NCBI RefSeq assembly: GCF_051201565.1
Contig: NZ_CP179200.1
Coordinates: 1,680,001-1,712,000 of the forward strand
Length of the DNA: 32,000 nt
Reading direction: 5' to 3'
Origin: Pseudothioglobus sp. nBUS_23
Lineage (GTDB): Bacteria > Pseudomonadota > Gammaproteobacteria > PS1 > Pseudothioglobaceae
A program made the translations under genes and the position numbers. Below the pieces are notes generated by a model. The model did no database searches. It saw nothing but the letters and a program-made list of their open reading frames with translations, and was not told the DNA's origin. Positions 1-9,156 of this stretch are shown here, one piece after another. The number at the start of each line of letters is the position of its first letter. The first letter of the stretch is position 1.

Positions 1-345
1 AGCTTTCAACTCGTCCGCCAAAACGTGGGAAAGTTTATTAATAATTCCAACATGATTTTGCCCAATAAGCTCGATGCTATAACTTTTAACATTACTCAGC
101 TCATCAATTGGCAGAGTTTCCTCACAAGCAATTTGAAGACCTAAAGATGCGGAAGTTAAATCTTTTTTTAGTTTAGAAGCGTCACTTGATGGCACGTTGA
201 CTTTAAGAATTCCAGCGAATTTGCCTTCAAAACTAGACATATTGCTCTCAATCCAGTCACCATTGTTTGAAACAATAATCTTTGACAGGCCGTCAACAAG
301 CCCAGGCTTATCGTCTCCCAAAACGCTAATCAAAAATGATTTCAT
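1..345 (-). CDS. gcvR: GcvR-like glycine cleavage system regulatory protein (ACT-domain family), N-terminal 115 aa; 3' end runs off the window
   Basis: Absent from the ORF track because it is truncated. The reverse complement of 1-345 starts at ATG (345-343) and stays open to the window edge: MKSFLISVLGDDKPGLVDGLSKIIVSNNGDWIESNMSSFEGKFAGILKVNVP... The pattern V.G.D.PG.V...S..I....G.W.ES.M....G.FAGI is the GcvR/ACT N-terminal signature as I recall it. A second ACT-like repeat begins at YSIELIGQNHVGIINKLSHVLA. The start lies 6 nt after the gcvP stop. Confidence 0.7.
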   Translation of the reverse strand, partial: MKSFLISVLGDDKPGLVDGLSKIIVSNNGDWIESNMSSFEGKFAGILKVNVPSSDASKLKKDLTSASLGLQIACEETLPIDELSNVKSYSIELIGQNHVGIINKLSHVLADELKA

Positions 346-351
346 AAAAGT

Positions 352-3204
352 CTACTTATAATCTTCAATACTTGGACAAGAACAAACTAAATTCTTATCA
401 CCATAGACATTATCCACTCTAGAAACTGGCGGCCAGTACTTCACTCGCCTTAAACTCTCGACAGGATATGCTGCCTCTTCCCTGGAATACGAAAACTCCC
501 ATTGGGTTGATGTTACCATTTCTAAAGTGTGTGGCGAATTAATTAATGGATTATCTTCTGTAGAATATTCACCCGACTCAACCTTCTTGATTTCTTTTCT
601 TATTTGAATCATTGCCTCACAGAACCGATCAAGCTCATCCAAAGACTCAGACTCTGTTGGCTCAATCATCAACGTTCCAGCAACTGGAAAAGACATTGTA
701 GGGGCATGAAAACCAAAATCTATTAGACGCTTAGCGACATCATCAACGCTTATTCCTACTGAGTCTTTAATCGGTCTAATATCAATAATACACTCGTGTG
801 CGATCCGTCCATTCTCATCACTATAAAGAATCGGATAGTGCTCCCCGAGTCGCTTAGCGATATAGTTTGCATTTAGGATAGCGTTGCATGTTGACTCATA
901 AAGGCCATCTTTTCCGAGCATTGCGATGTACATCCAACTTATAGGGAGGATACTGCCTGATCCCCAAGGGGCACCTGAAATACTACCAACATCAGTATTA
1001 TTGAGTGGCGTTCTTGGTAAAAAATCTATAAGATGTTCTTTCACTCCAATTGGGCCGACACCCGGACCCCCTCCACCGTGAGGTATAGCAAACGTTTTGT
1101 GAAGATTCAGGTGAGAAACATCCCCGCCAAACTCCCCTGGAGCAGAGAGCCCAACCATAGCATTCATATTCGCGCCGTCAATATATACTTGGCCGCCTGC
1201 ATCATGAACAATATCACATACCTCTCTCACATCTTTTTCAAAAACACCATGAGTAGAAGGATATGTAATCATTATTGCAGCTAGATTTTCTTCATGCTCT
1301 TTCGTTTTTGCTCTTAAATCATCAAGATCAATATTGCCATCATCTGTACTATCAATCACTATAACTTTCATTCCAGCCATCTGAGCAGAAGCAGGATTTG
1401 TGCCATGAGCTGATGATGGAATCAAACAGATATTTCGATTTTCATCACCCCTGCTTCGATGATATCCTCTTATTGCAATTAATCCAGCATACTCTCCTTG
1501 CGCACCAGAGTTGGGCTGAAGTGAAATTGCTGAATAACCAGTCGCCTCACACAACATCTCCTCAAGCTCACTAATCATTTGCTGGTAACCAATCACCTGG
1601 TTCATAGGAACAGCGGGATGAATTTGAGAAAATTCTGGCCAACTCACTGGAATCAATTCTGCTGCTGCGTTCAGTTTCATTGTGCAAGAGCCCAACGGAA
1701 TCATAGAACGATCGAGTGCGATATCTTTATCTCCCAGATAACGAATATATCTCATCATGTTGGTTTCCGAGCGATAAGTATTAAAAACATCATGCGTCAG
1801 AAAATCAGATTCCCTCTTTAAATTCTTTTTGATTTTTGATTTATTTTTTTCAAATAATAACTGTGCGCTCAATTCAGACTCAGTATTGAAAATTCTCCAT
1901 AAGAACTCTATGTCTTCAGGAGTACTGAGCTCATCAAATGAAACTGAGACAAGGGTTTTACTGAATACATTAATGTTGTAGCCATTTTTTTCAGCTTGCA
2001 TCACTACTGCATCTGAATTTTTAACTTCAATAGAGAGGGTGTCGAAATAAGAGTCATTAATGACATTAAATCCCATATCTTTCATGCCATCAGCAAAAAC
2101 ACTGGCATATTTATAAATACGACGCGCTATGTTTCTAAGTCCCTCTGGACCATGATAGACTGCATACATACTAGCCATAATAGCTAATAGTGCTTGAGCA
2201 GTACAAATGTTACTTGTCGCTTTCTCTCGGCGTATATGTTGCTCTCTAGTTTGCAGTGCCAATCGATAAGCAAGCCTTCCCTTTGTATCAACTGACGCAC
2301 CAATAATTCTGCCTGGCATAGAACGTTTGAATTTGTCTCTAGTCGACATATAAGCAGCATGAGGGCCGCCATACCCAATTGGAACTCCAAACCTCTGAGT
2401 ATTCCCAACCACAATATCTGCGCCCATTTCACCAGGTGGTTTAAGCAGAGTTAATGCAAGCAGATCCGCACTCACAGTAACAAGTGCCTTTTTTTCATGA
2501 ATAGAGTCTATCAATTTTGAATAGTCACTAAAAGCCCCATAGGTATTTGGATACTGAAGCAGAACACCAAAACAATCAAGACCTTTTAAATCAACTAGAG
2601 GATCACCAAAAACTATTTCAATGTTCAATGGCTCTGCTCTTGTCTTAATAACCTCAAGGTTCTGGGCGTAACAATCATTTGCAACAAAAAAAACATTACT
2701 TTTTGACTTGCTAACGCGATGACTCAATGTCATTGCTTCAGCGCAAGCAGTCGCCTCATCAAGCATGGAGGCGTTGGCTAAATCCATACCAGTTAAATCT
2801 GAAACCATGGTTTGATAGTTCATTAATGCCTCAAGACGGCCTTGAGAAATCTCAGGCTGATAGGGCGTATAAGAAGTGTACCAAGCTGGATTTTCTTCAA
2901 CATTTCGCTGAATGACTGGAGGGGTGATTGAATTGTAATAGCCCTGACCGATGAAAGACTTGTATCGAATATTCATTCTTGCTAGATTTCTTAGCTGTTT
3001 AAGTGCAGCAAGCTCTGACATCCCATCAGCAATATTCATTGGCTCTTTTCGACGAATAACATCTGGCACTATTTCATCAATTAATTTATCTAAGTTATCA
3101 AAACCAAGATAATCGAGCATTTGATTTTTTTGTGCGCTTGATGATCCAATATGCCTATTGGTAAAAGCGTCATTATTCAATAAATCTTCAATCTTATCCT
3201 TCAT
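352..3204 (-). CDS. gcvP: Glycine dehydrogenase (decarboxylating), single-chain P-protein of the glycine cleavage system
   Basis: ORF of about 950 aa. It has the PLP-lysine motif [19 protein letters not shown] and the N-terminal FTNRHIG. Length is typical of a fused alpha/beta P-protein. I moved the start from the ORF-track ATG at 3261 to the ATG at 3204 ([20 protein letters not shown]). This matches the usual GcvP N-terminus and removes the 35-nt overlap with gcvH. Confidence 0.95.
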   Translation of the reverse strand: MKDKIEDLLNNDAFTNRHIGSSSAQKNQMLDYLGFDNLDKLIDEIVPDVIRRKEPMNIADGMSELAALKQLRNLARMNIRYKSFIGQGYYNSITPPVIQRNVEENPAWYTSYTPYQPEISQGRLEALMNYQTMVSDLTGMDLANASMLDEATACAEAMTLSHRVSKSKSNVFFVANDCYAQNLEVIKTRAEPLNIEIVFGDPLVDLKGLDCFGVLLQYPNTYGAFSDYSKLIDSIHEKKALVTVSADLLALTLLKPPGEMGADIVVGNTQRFGVPIGYGGPHAAYMSTRDKFKRSMPGRIIGASVDTKGRLAYRLALQTREQHIRREKATSNICTAQALLAIMASMYAVYHGPEGLRNIARRIYKYASVFADGMKDMGFNVINDSYFDTLSIEVKNSDAVVMQAEKNGYNINVFSKTLVSVSFDELSTPEDIEFLWRIFNTESELSAQLLFEKNKSKIKKNLKRESDFLTHDVFNTYRSETNMMRYIRYLGDKDIALDRSMIPLGSCTMKLNAAAELIPVSWPEFSQIHPAVPMNQVIGYQQMISELEEMLCEATGYSAISLQPNSGAQGEYAGLIAIRGYHRSRGDENRNICLIPSSAHGTNPASAQMAGMKVIVIDSTDDGNIDLDDLRAKTKEHEENLAAIMITYPSTHGVFEKDVREVCDIVHDAGGQVYIDGANMNAMVGLSAPGEFGGDVSHLNLHKTFAIPHGGGGPGVGPIGVKEHLIDFLPRTPLNNTDVGSISGAPWGSGSILPISWMYIAMLGKDGLYESTCNAILNANYIAKRLGEHYPILYSDENGRIAHECIIDIRPIKDSVGISVDDVAKRLIDFGFHAPTMSFPVAGTLMIEPTESESLDELDRFCEAMIQIRKEIKKVESGEYSTEDNPLINSPHTLEMVTSTQWEFSYSREEAAYPVESLRRVKYWPPVSRVDNVYGDKNLVCSCPSIEDYK

Positions 3205-3226
3205 TAACTTCTCTCTTTCAGTTCTT

Positions 3227-3598
3227 CTATTCTTCAATAAATGCGTTGTATGCCTCTTCATCCATCAACTCATCAAGCTCTGCTGGGTCTGATAACTTAA
3301 CCTTAATAAACCAACCTTCGCCCATTGAATCCTCAGTCACAATCTCTGGCTCATCCTCTAATCTGCTGTTCACCTCAATAATTGAGCCAGAAACAGGTGC
3401 AACCAGATCAGAAGCAGCTTTCACTGATTCAATGACAGATATATTTTCACCCTTTGTGCACTCATCACCAACCTCAGGCAGCTCAACATAAACCAAATCA
3501 CCTAATTGCTCTTGAGCAAAATCCGTGATTCCAATTACTACTAAATCATCTTCTTTAGCATCAACCCATTCATGATCTTTAGAATACTTAATACTCAT
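3227..3598 (-). CDS. gcvH: Glycine cleavage system H protein (lipoyl carrier)
   Basis: 123 aa, with the lipoyl-lysine motif ESVKAASD. A strong Shine-Dalgarno AGGAGAGG lies just upstream of the ATG at 3598. It sits between gcvT and gcvP. Confidence 0.95.
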   Translation of the reverse strand: MSIKYSKDHEWVDAKEDDLVVIGITDFAQEQLGDLVYVELPEVGDECTKGENISVIESVKAASDLVAPVSGSIIEVNSRLEDEPEIVTEDSMGEGWFIKVKLSDPAELDELMDEEAYNAFIEE

Positions 3599-3617
3599 TA
3601 CCTCTCCTTATTAATGT

Positions 3618-4742
3618 TTAAACTCTGTAATAGTTGTGTTTAACAAATGGCAGTTTTATAATCTCGACTGCTATTTTCTTCTCTCTGACCAGCGCAAAAA
3701 GTTTGGACTGGCTATTTGATACTTTTGTCTCTAGTCTTGCTATAGATATTGGCTTATTTAAAGTTGGGCCAAAACCCCCACTTGTGACATATCCAACTTG
3801 AGTTCCATTTTCATCTTGAATTATTGCTCCATCTCTAACCGGCATCCTTCCTTCTGGTAGTAAGCCAACTACTTTTGTATCAGAACCATTTTCAAGTTGC
3901 TTTAAAATAATATTATCACCTAAATAATTACCCTCGCGCTCTTCACCTAGCCTTCTTACTTTTGAAAGCGCCCAATTTAAGGAGGACTCAACTGGACTGT
4001 GGTTAGTATCAAGTTCATGCCCATAGAGAGATAAGCCTGCTTCAAGACGTAATGAATCTCTTGCACCCAATCCTATCCATTCAACCTCTTCACTTGACAA
4101 TAAAATATCTGCAAGGCTTTCAGCATCTTGATTTGACACTGAGATTTCAAAACCATCCTCTCCTGTATATCCAGAGCGCGTAATGAAACAATCGATTTCA
4201 TTAATCTTCACCTGCTTAGCAGTCATAAATGTCATCTCTTTGACCGAAGGAGCAAGCTCACTTAAAACCTTATTAGCTTTTGGACCTTGCAAGGCCAACA
4301 AAGCTAAATCATCATGTAAATCTAATTCACAGCTTGAACCCAGGTGGCGCTTTAAATGCTCATAGTCATCATATTTACATGCGGCATTGACAACTAGAAA
4401 TAAAGTGTTATCTCCAAGATTTGTAACCATGAGATCATCCAATACGCCGCCATTTTCACTTGTGAAAAGGGCGTAGCGCGTCTTCATTAAGGGCAAATCA
4501 ATAATGTCAACTGGAACTAATGACTCCAAGGCACTCATTGCATGCTCACCAGATAATCTAATTTGTCCCATGTGGGATACGTCAAACAGCCCAGCCCTTT
4601 CTCTTGTGTGATTGTGCTCTTTTTTTATTCCAAGGGGGTAACTCACAGGCATTTCATAGCCCGCAAAAGGAACCATTTTTGCTCCTGCATCAACATGCAT
4701 TTGATGGAATGGAGTTATTCTTATTTCACTTCCAATAGACAT
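3618..4742 (-). CDS. gcvT: Aminomethyltransferase, T-protein of the glycine cleavage system
   Basis: Motifs LFDVSHMG and GYTGEDGFEI, with length of about 374 aa. The ORF-track start at 4757 is a TTG codon. The ATG at 4742 (MSIGSEIRITPFHQMH...) aligns with typical GcvT N-termini. Confidence 0.93.
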   Translation of the reverse strand: MSIGSEIRITPFHQMHVDAGAKMVPFAGYEMPVSYPLGIKKEHNHTRERAGLFDVSHMGQIRLSGEHAMSALESLVPVDIIDLPLMKTRYALFTSENGGVLDDLMVTNLGDNTLFLVVNAACKYDDYEHLKRHLGSSCELDLHDDLALLALQGPKANKVLSELAPSVKEMTFMTAKQVKINEIDCFITRSGYTGEDGFEISVSNQDAESLADILLSSEEVEWIGLGARDSLRLEAGLSLYGHELDTNHSPVESSLNWALSKVRRLGEEREGNYLGDNIILKQLENGSDTKVVGLLPEGRMPVRDGAIIQDENGTQVGYVTSGGFGPTLNKPISIARLETKVSNSQSKLFALVREKKIAVEIIKLPFVKHNYYRV

Positions 4743-4852
4743 TAGATTTTGTCTCAAAAAAACAATATTATATAAGATTAGTCTTTTTAGTTGAATTCAA
4801 TTGCCCATGAATTCATATAAATAAATTGATTACTAGAAACTAAATGTAAATC

Positions 4853-4865
4853 TTCTAATTTAGAA
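4853..4865. promoter_or_regulatory. Perfect 13-bp palindrome TTCTAATTTAGAA (T-N11-A, contains CTAAT); candidate LysR/GcvA-type operator upstream of gcvT
   Basis: Read directly from the sequence, about 110 nt upstream of the gcvT ATG. It has the T-N11-A architecture of LysR-type boxes. CTAAT is the GcvA core as I recall it from E. coli. Two further EcoRI-centred palindromes sit nearby: TTGAATTCAA (4791-4800) and ATGAATTCAT (4807-4816). The background is AT-rich, so a chance match is possible. Confidence 0.3.
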
Positions 4866-4904
4866 TCAAATTTTGTCAAGTAATTTAGCTAAATGCAGAT
4901 TTGA

Positions 4905-5843
4905 TTAATACCCACTATTCAAGCTATAGATGGGATAGGGGTCTTGACCCTTTTCTAAAAGTCGAATATTTTCAGCAATTGTTTTTGCCGCAGAGCTAGG
5001 GTTGCTTTGACCCGCTATGTGAGGAGTCACATAGACAGAAGGATGATTCCAAAGTGAATTATTTTCAGGGAGTGGCTCTTCTGCAAAAACATCCAAAGCT
5101 GCAGCAGCTATGTGCCCTGTATCTAATATAGATAACAGGTCATTCTCATTAATAATACCGCCCCTTCCGATGTTAATGATGAACGAGCCTTTAGGAAGAT
5201 AACTAAGCTCAGATTTGGTCAATATATCTTTAGTATTTTCAGTTAATGGCAAAACATTAATGAGTATATCAGTTTGACTAAGAAACCCAGATAGCTGCTC
5301 CTGGGCATAATAATATTCAATAGCCCCAAGTGAACTTTTTGGACTTGCGCCCCAACCAATAACCTTAAAGTCTAAATTAATAAGTGAGTCGCCAATTGCT
5401 TTGCCAATGTTGCCTAGACCCATGATTCCAATAGTACGATCTTCTGATTGCACTGAGCTTTGCTGAATCCATTCACGACTTTGTTGCTGAATTCTATAAA
5501 GATACTGGTCACTATGAAAATGCAAAACCCAGTGCAGAGAATGAAGGATCATTTCATGGGTTAATTTTTTATCGACCAGGCGAACTATAGGAAGCCCATC
5601 GGGCAATTCAGGATCACTAATGACATGGTCCACTCCTGCACCTAATGATAGGATTGCTTTTAAATTCGGGTATCTTGTGAGAATTCCTCTTGGATGTTTC
5701 CAGACGACTGCATACTCGATATCATTAACGTCCCCCTCATCCGGATAGACTCTAACATCCATCTCTGGCATAGCATCTTGAAGGCCACTAGACCAAACCT
5801 CCATATCTTCCCAGAAATCAGTAGATGCTAATAATATTGCCAT
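4905..5843 (-). CDS. ghrA: D-isomer-specific 2-hydroxyacid dehydrogenase, GhrA-like glyoxylate/hydroxypyruvate reductase
   Basis: 312 aa, the same length as E. coli GhrA/YcdW. It is collinear with that protein as I remember it: YA.VW.P...L......LKA...LGAGVD, then the NAD fold GIMGLGNIGKAIG, then NIGRGG, DVF..EPLP and TPHIAG. Confidence 0.7.
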   Translation of the reverse strand: MAILLASTDFWEDMEVWSSGLQDAMPEMDVRVYPDEGDVNDIEYAVVWKHPRGILTRYPNLKAILSLGAGVDHVISDPELPDGLPIVRLVDKKLTHEMILHSLHWVLHFHSDQYLYRIQQQSREWIQQSSVQSEDRTIGIMGLGNIGKAIGDSLINLDFKVIGWGASPKSSLGAIEYYYAQEQLSGFLSQTDILINVLPLTENTKDILTKSELSYLPKGSFIINIGRGGIINENDLLSILDTGHIAAAALDVFAEEPLPENNSLWNHPSVYVTPHIAGQSNPSSAAKTIAENIRLLEKGQDPYPIYSLNSGY

Positions 5844-5874
5844 TGTAGATGCTAATTAAATAGTTAATTAATTA

Positions 5875-6879
5875 TTATATATTTGAGTTTGTTCTAAGAT
5901 AATCAAGAATGTTATCCACAAGATCATCAATATTTGAGTCACTATTTTGAAGAACAATTTCTGACATCTCAGGTTCCTCATAATTGGAGTCAATACCTGT
6001 GAAATTTTTTAATTGTCCAGCTCTTGCTTTTTTATAGAGTCCTTTAGAGTCTCTAGCTTCACAAACTTCAATTGTAGTATCAATAAAAATTTCAATAAAC
6101 TCGCCATCGTTAAATAATTTCCTCGCCATTAAACGCTCAGAACGAAATGGTGATATAAATGAAACTATAGTAATTAATCCAGAAGAAACCATGAGTTTTG
6201 AAACTTCTGCAATTCTGCGAATATTCTCAACTCTATCTTGGTCTGTAAATCCTAAATCTTTATTCAAGCCATGACGAACATTATCACCATCGAGAAGCAT
6301 TGTATGCTTCCCAAGCTCATGGAGTTTTTTCTCAAGTTCGTCGGCAATAGTTGATTTTCCTGAACCTGAAAGCCCTGTAAACCATAAAACGCATGGCTTT
6401 TGCTGTTTATTTTTAGAACGAATCTCTTGTGTAATATTTGTTTTATGCCAGCTGATATTTTGAGCGCGCCTTAAAGAAAAATCAATTAATCCTACGCCAA
6501 TAATCGAATTGTTAAATGTATCCAAAACTGTAAAAAAGCCTGTTTTTTGATTGCTAGAGTATGTATCAAAAGAAACCCTCTGACCCAGGGACAGCTTACA
6601 ATAACCAATCTCATCTTGCTCCAACTTTTTGGCTGCAAGCTGACTTAGTGAATTGACATCAATTTTAAAGCTAAGATCAGTTACTTGGACAGTTGTAGTC
6701 TCAGTCTGAAAATCAATACTATAAGTTCGCTCGGGTATCATTGGTTCAATATCAAGCCAAACGATATAAGCTGCTAACTGATCTGATTCACTAGGCTGAG
6801 CCTCAGGATGACTAGCTTTTTCATTTCCAGCATGAAATCTATCAAGAAGGCTATGAAGTCGATTTAAATGGTCATTCAT
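5875..6879 (-). CDS. cysC: Adenylylsulfate (APS) kinase with an N-terminal CysN-domain-III-like extension and no GTPase domain
   Basis: The C-terminal roughly 180 aa carry the P-loop WFTGLSGSGKSTIA, then LLDGDNVRHGLNKDLGF and the FISPF motif. N-terminal residues of about 35-145 (AAYIVWLDIEPMIPERTYSIDFQTE...GFFTVLD..NNSIIGVGLI) resemble the C-terminal beta-barrel of CysN/NodQ. No G1-G4 GTPase motifs are present. Confidence 0.85.
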   Translation of the reverse strand: MNDHLNRLHSLLDRFHAGNEKASHPEAQPSESDQLAAYIVWLDIEPMIPERTYSIDFQTETTTVQVTDLSFKIDVNSLSQLAAKKLEQDEIGYCKLSLGQRVSFDTYSSNQKTGFFTVLDTFNNSIIGVGLIDFSLRRAQNISWHKTNITQEIRSKNKQQKPCVLWFTGLSGSGKSTIADELEKKLHELGKHTMLLDGDNVRHGLNKDLGFTDQDRVENIRRIAEVSKLMVSSGLITIVSFISPFRSERLMARKLFNDGEFIEIFIDTTIEVCEARDSKGLYKKARAGQLKNFTGIDSNYEEPEMSEIVLQNSDSNIDDLVDNILDYLRTNSNI

Positions 6880-7043
6880 TTTGTAGCTTATTTGTCAATA
6901 AAATATGGAGTTAGTGTTTGTATTATAGTTAATTACTTGATGATAAAAGTGCTCTAAAACAATTCAACATTTAGTGAATTTTTTAATGGCTAGAGTTTAT
7001 TTCATAATGTAGAATGGCAATTTTTTGTGTCATTAAATTTACC

Positions 7044-8423
7044 ATGTTTATCAGTGTTTTAGACCTATTTAAAGTTGGCATTGGTCCCTCCAGTTCTCAT
7101 ACTATGGGTCCTATGGTTGCGGCTAATGCATTTCTGAGTGATGTGCGTCATTTTATTGAGACAAATCCTAGCAACAATGGCTATCATGTTAGATGCACTT
7201 TAAAAGATTCATTAGCCTATACTGGTGTCGGTCATGCTACCGATAGGGCAGTCGTATTAGGCCTTAATGGCTTCCTCCCAAATACCATAATTGATGAGAA
7301 TATGGATGAGGTCATTGACCGAACATGGAATTCAAAGACTATAGAAATTACTGATGACATGCAAGCAAACTTCTTTGCTGGAGAGGATATTATTTTCGAT
7401 ACTCGCAACTCATTAAAGCAACACCCAAATGGCATTGTTTTTGAACTACTCGATAAATCTGATAACTTGCTAATTTCAAATACCTATTTTTCAATAGGAG
7501 GTGGTTTTATATCTACGTTAGAAGAAATTGATAATGTTGAAGCACCAATTGCTGCAGAGCCAAGTTCAGCTTATCCATTCCCATTTGACAATTCAGATCA
7601 AATGCTTGAAATGTCAAAAGAACATAACAAAACGATTTGGGAAATGAAGCAAGCCAATGAGCTAGAAAATATTCCAGAAAAGATACTGAATCAAGAGCTA
7701 GACAAAATTTGGAATGCAATGAAAACCTGTGTTGAGAGAGGCCTAACAACTGAGGGGATTTTGCCTGGAGGACTGAATACCAAAAGGCGAGCAAAGCAAT
7801 TACATGAGAGCCTTCAAAATGATAAAGAAAATGCTGGCTCTAGCGATTGGCTGTGCGCATATGCCATGGCTGTTAATGAAGAAAATGCTGCTGGACATAT
7901 GGTTGTTACAGCTCCTACTAATGGTGCTGCAGGGGTTGTACCGGCGACTTTATACTATTACTACAAGCACAAGGCAGCTACGCCAGAGCAAATCAGGCAA
8001 TTCCTTTTATCAGCCTCTGCTATTGGTGGCCTAATCAAACATAATAGTTCAATTTCTGGAGCGGAAGTTGGATGTCAGGGTGAGGTTGGCTCTGCATCAT
8101 CTATGGCAGCCGCAGGGTTGTGCGCTGCAAGAGGTGGCACAAGTGAACAAATTGAAAATGCTGCTGAGATGGCTCTTGAACATCATATCGGTATGACTTG
8201 TGATCCAGTAAAGGGACTTGTTCAGGTTCCATGTATTGAAAGAAATGGCTTTGGAGCGGTTAAAGCCTATACAGCAAGCTCACTCTCCTTAAGAGAGAGC
8301 GGTGAGCACTTAATATCCCTGGATCAATGCATTGCAGCCATGAAGAGGACAGGCCTTGATATGTCTAACAAGTATAAAGAAACCTCTCTCGGCGGTTTAG
8401 CAGTAAGCTTTATTGAGTGCTAA
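7044..8423 (+). CDS. sdaA: L-serine dehydratase, single-chain iron-sulfur type
   Basis: The N-terminus MFISVLDLFKVGIGPSSSHTMGP matches the SdaA/SdaB signature, and length is about 459 aa. The ORF-track ATG at 7014 adds 10 residues not seen in homolog N-termini, so I chose the ATG at 7044. Neither candidate start has an obvious SD. Confidence 0.9.
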   Translation: MFISVLDLFKVGIGPSSSHTMGPMVAANAFLSDVRHFIETNPSNNGYHVRCTLKDSLAYTGVGHATDRAVVLGLNGFLPNTIIDENMDEVIDRTWNSKTIEITDDMQANFFAGEDIIFDTRNSLKQHPNGIVFELLDKSDNLLISNTYFSIGGGFISTLEEIDNVEAPIAAEPSSAYPFPFDNSDQMLEMSKEHNKTIWEMKQANELENIPEKILNQELDKIWNAMKTCVERGLTTEGILPGGLNTKRRAKQLHESLQNDKENAGSSDWLCAYAMAVNEENAAGHMVVTAPTNGAAGVVPATLYYYYKHKAATPEQIRQFLLSASAIGGLIKHNSSISGAEVGCQGEVGSASSMAAAGLCAARGGTSEQIENAAEMALEHHIGMTCDPVKGLVQVPCIERNGFGAVKAYTASSLSLRESGEHLISLDQCIAAMKRTGLDMSNKYKETSLGGLAVSFIEC

Positions 8424-8424
8424 T

Positions 8425-9156
8425 TTAGTCAGTATCGACTAGACCTGCGCCTGCACCAGAAGCTCTTGATTCAGCGCTTGATTTAACGAGACATCGAGAA
8501 AAATACTCATAGATTTCTGGCCATTTTTCTCCAACTTTGACTCCATTGTTCAGGACTTTTAGCTTTTCATTTTCAAGATTAAATGTTTTGTTTTTTCCAT
8601 TTTGAATCTTAGATTTAACAGCATCCAAAGAGGAAATATAAACATCAGCATAATGGCTCAACTCTATTGAAGTCTCTGATGAAGAGATCATTTCCCATTT
8701 ACTATCATCAATGAAATTTACTTCAAAACTGTTGTTATATTGATCTGTCCAAGACGCCTTGACCCCTGAACACTGGCTCGCTCCAAGAGAGGCAATAATG
8801 AGAAAAGGGCAGTCGACATTGGAAATTTTTAACTCACCATCAAGGCCATTGAATTCAATCCAGTCAACACAGCTTACTGAAGCCTCTAAAGATGACAATA
8901 CCTTTTCTTCTGTGCAAAAAAGATGACTACTCTTACTATTTTTTTCAAATTTGATTGAGAGACTACTTTTTTTTAGATCAAGATTATCCAGCGCTAGAAT
9001 ACTGCACTCGGATGGATCAAAGCCATTTTGTGCAGCCCAAATATTACTTCTTGCAAAATCTTCTGAAACACCAATAGGTGCTTTAACACCAAACCCGGCA
9101 CGAGTGAAATAAAACAGAACTTCGTTTAACGAAATCGTTAAATCGCTTTTTGGCAT
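8425..9156 (-). CDS. Hypothetical protein (243 aa), no recognisable catalytic motif; last gene of the ALDH/M19 module
   Basis: Long open frame on the same strand as the upstream genes. The ORF-track start at 9162 is TTG, and the first ATG is at 9156 (MPKSDLTISLNEVLFYF...). It overlaps the upstream ORF by 19 nt. It has a Gly/Ala-rich acidic C-terminus, SRASGAGAGLVDTD. I cannot assign a family from memory. Confidence 0.6.
   Translation of the reverse strand: MPKSDLTISLNEVLFYFTRAGFGVKAPIGVSEDFARSNIWAAQNGFDPSECSILALDNLDLKKSSLSIKFEKNSKSSHLFCTEEKVLSSLEASVSCVDWIEFNGLDGELKISNVDCPFLIIASLGASQCSGVKASWTDQYNNSFEVNFIDDSKWEMISSSETSIELSHYADVYISSLDAVKSKIQNGKNKTFNLENEKLKVLNNGVKVGEKWPEIYEYFSRCLVKSSAESRASGAGAGLVDTD

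Noticed and set aside
4743-4904. Expected a glycine riboswitch in the gcvT leader.
   Set aside because: Neither strand shows the conserved GGAGAG / CACCGAAGGGGCAA-type cores. The region is nearly all A/T with short palindromes. A covariance-model scan would be needed for certainty.
9138-9156. Whether the 580-aa and 243-aa ORFs are one gene split by a frameshift or sequencing error.
   Set aside because: Both frames are long and clean. The overlap is a short 19 nt with an ATG start inside it, which is typical of translational coupling. I see no homopolymer run or slippery heptamer in the overlap. I cannot exclude a fused ortholog elsewhere without a database search.
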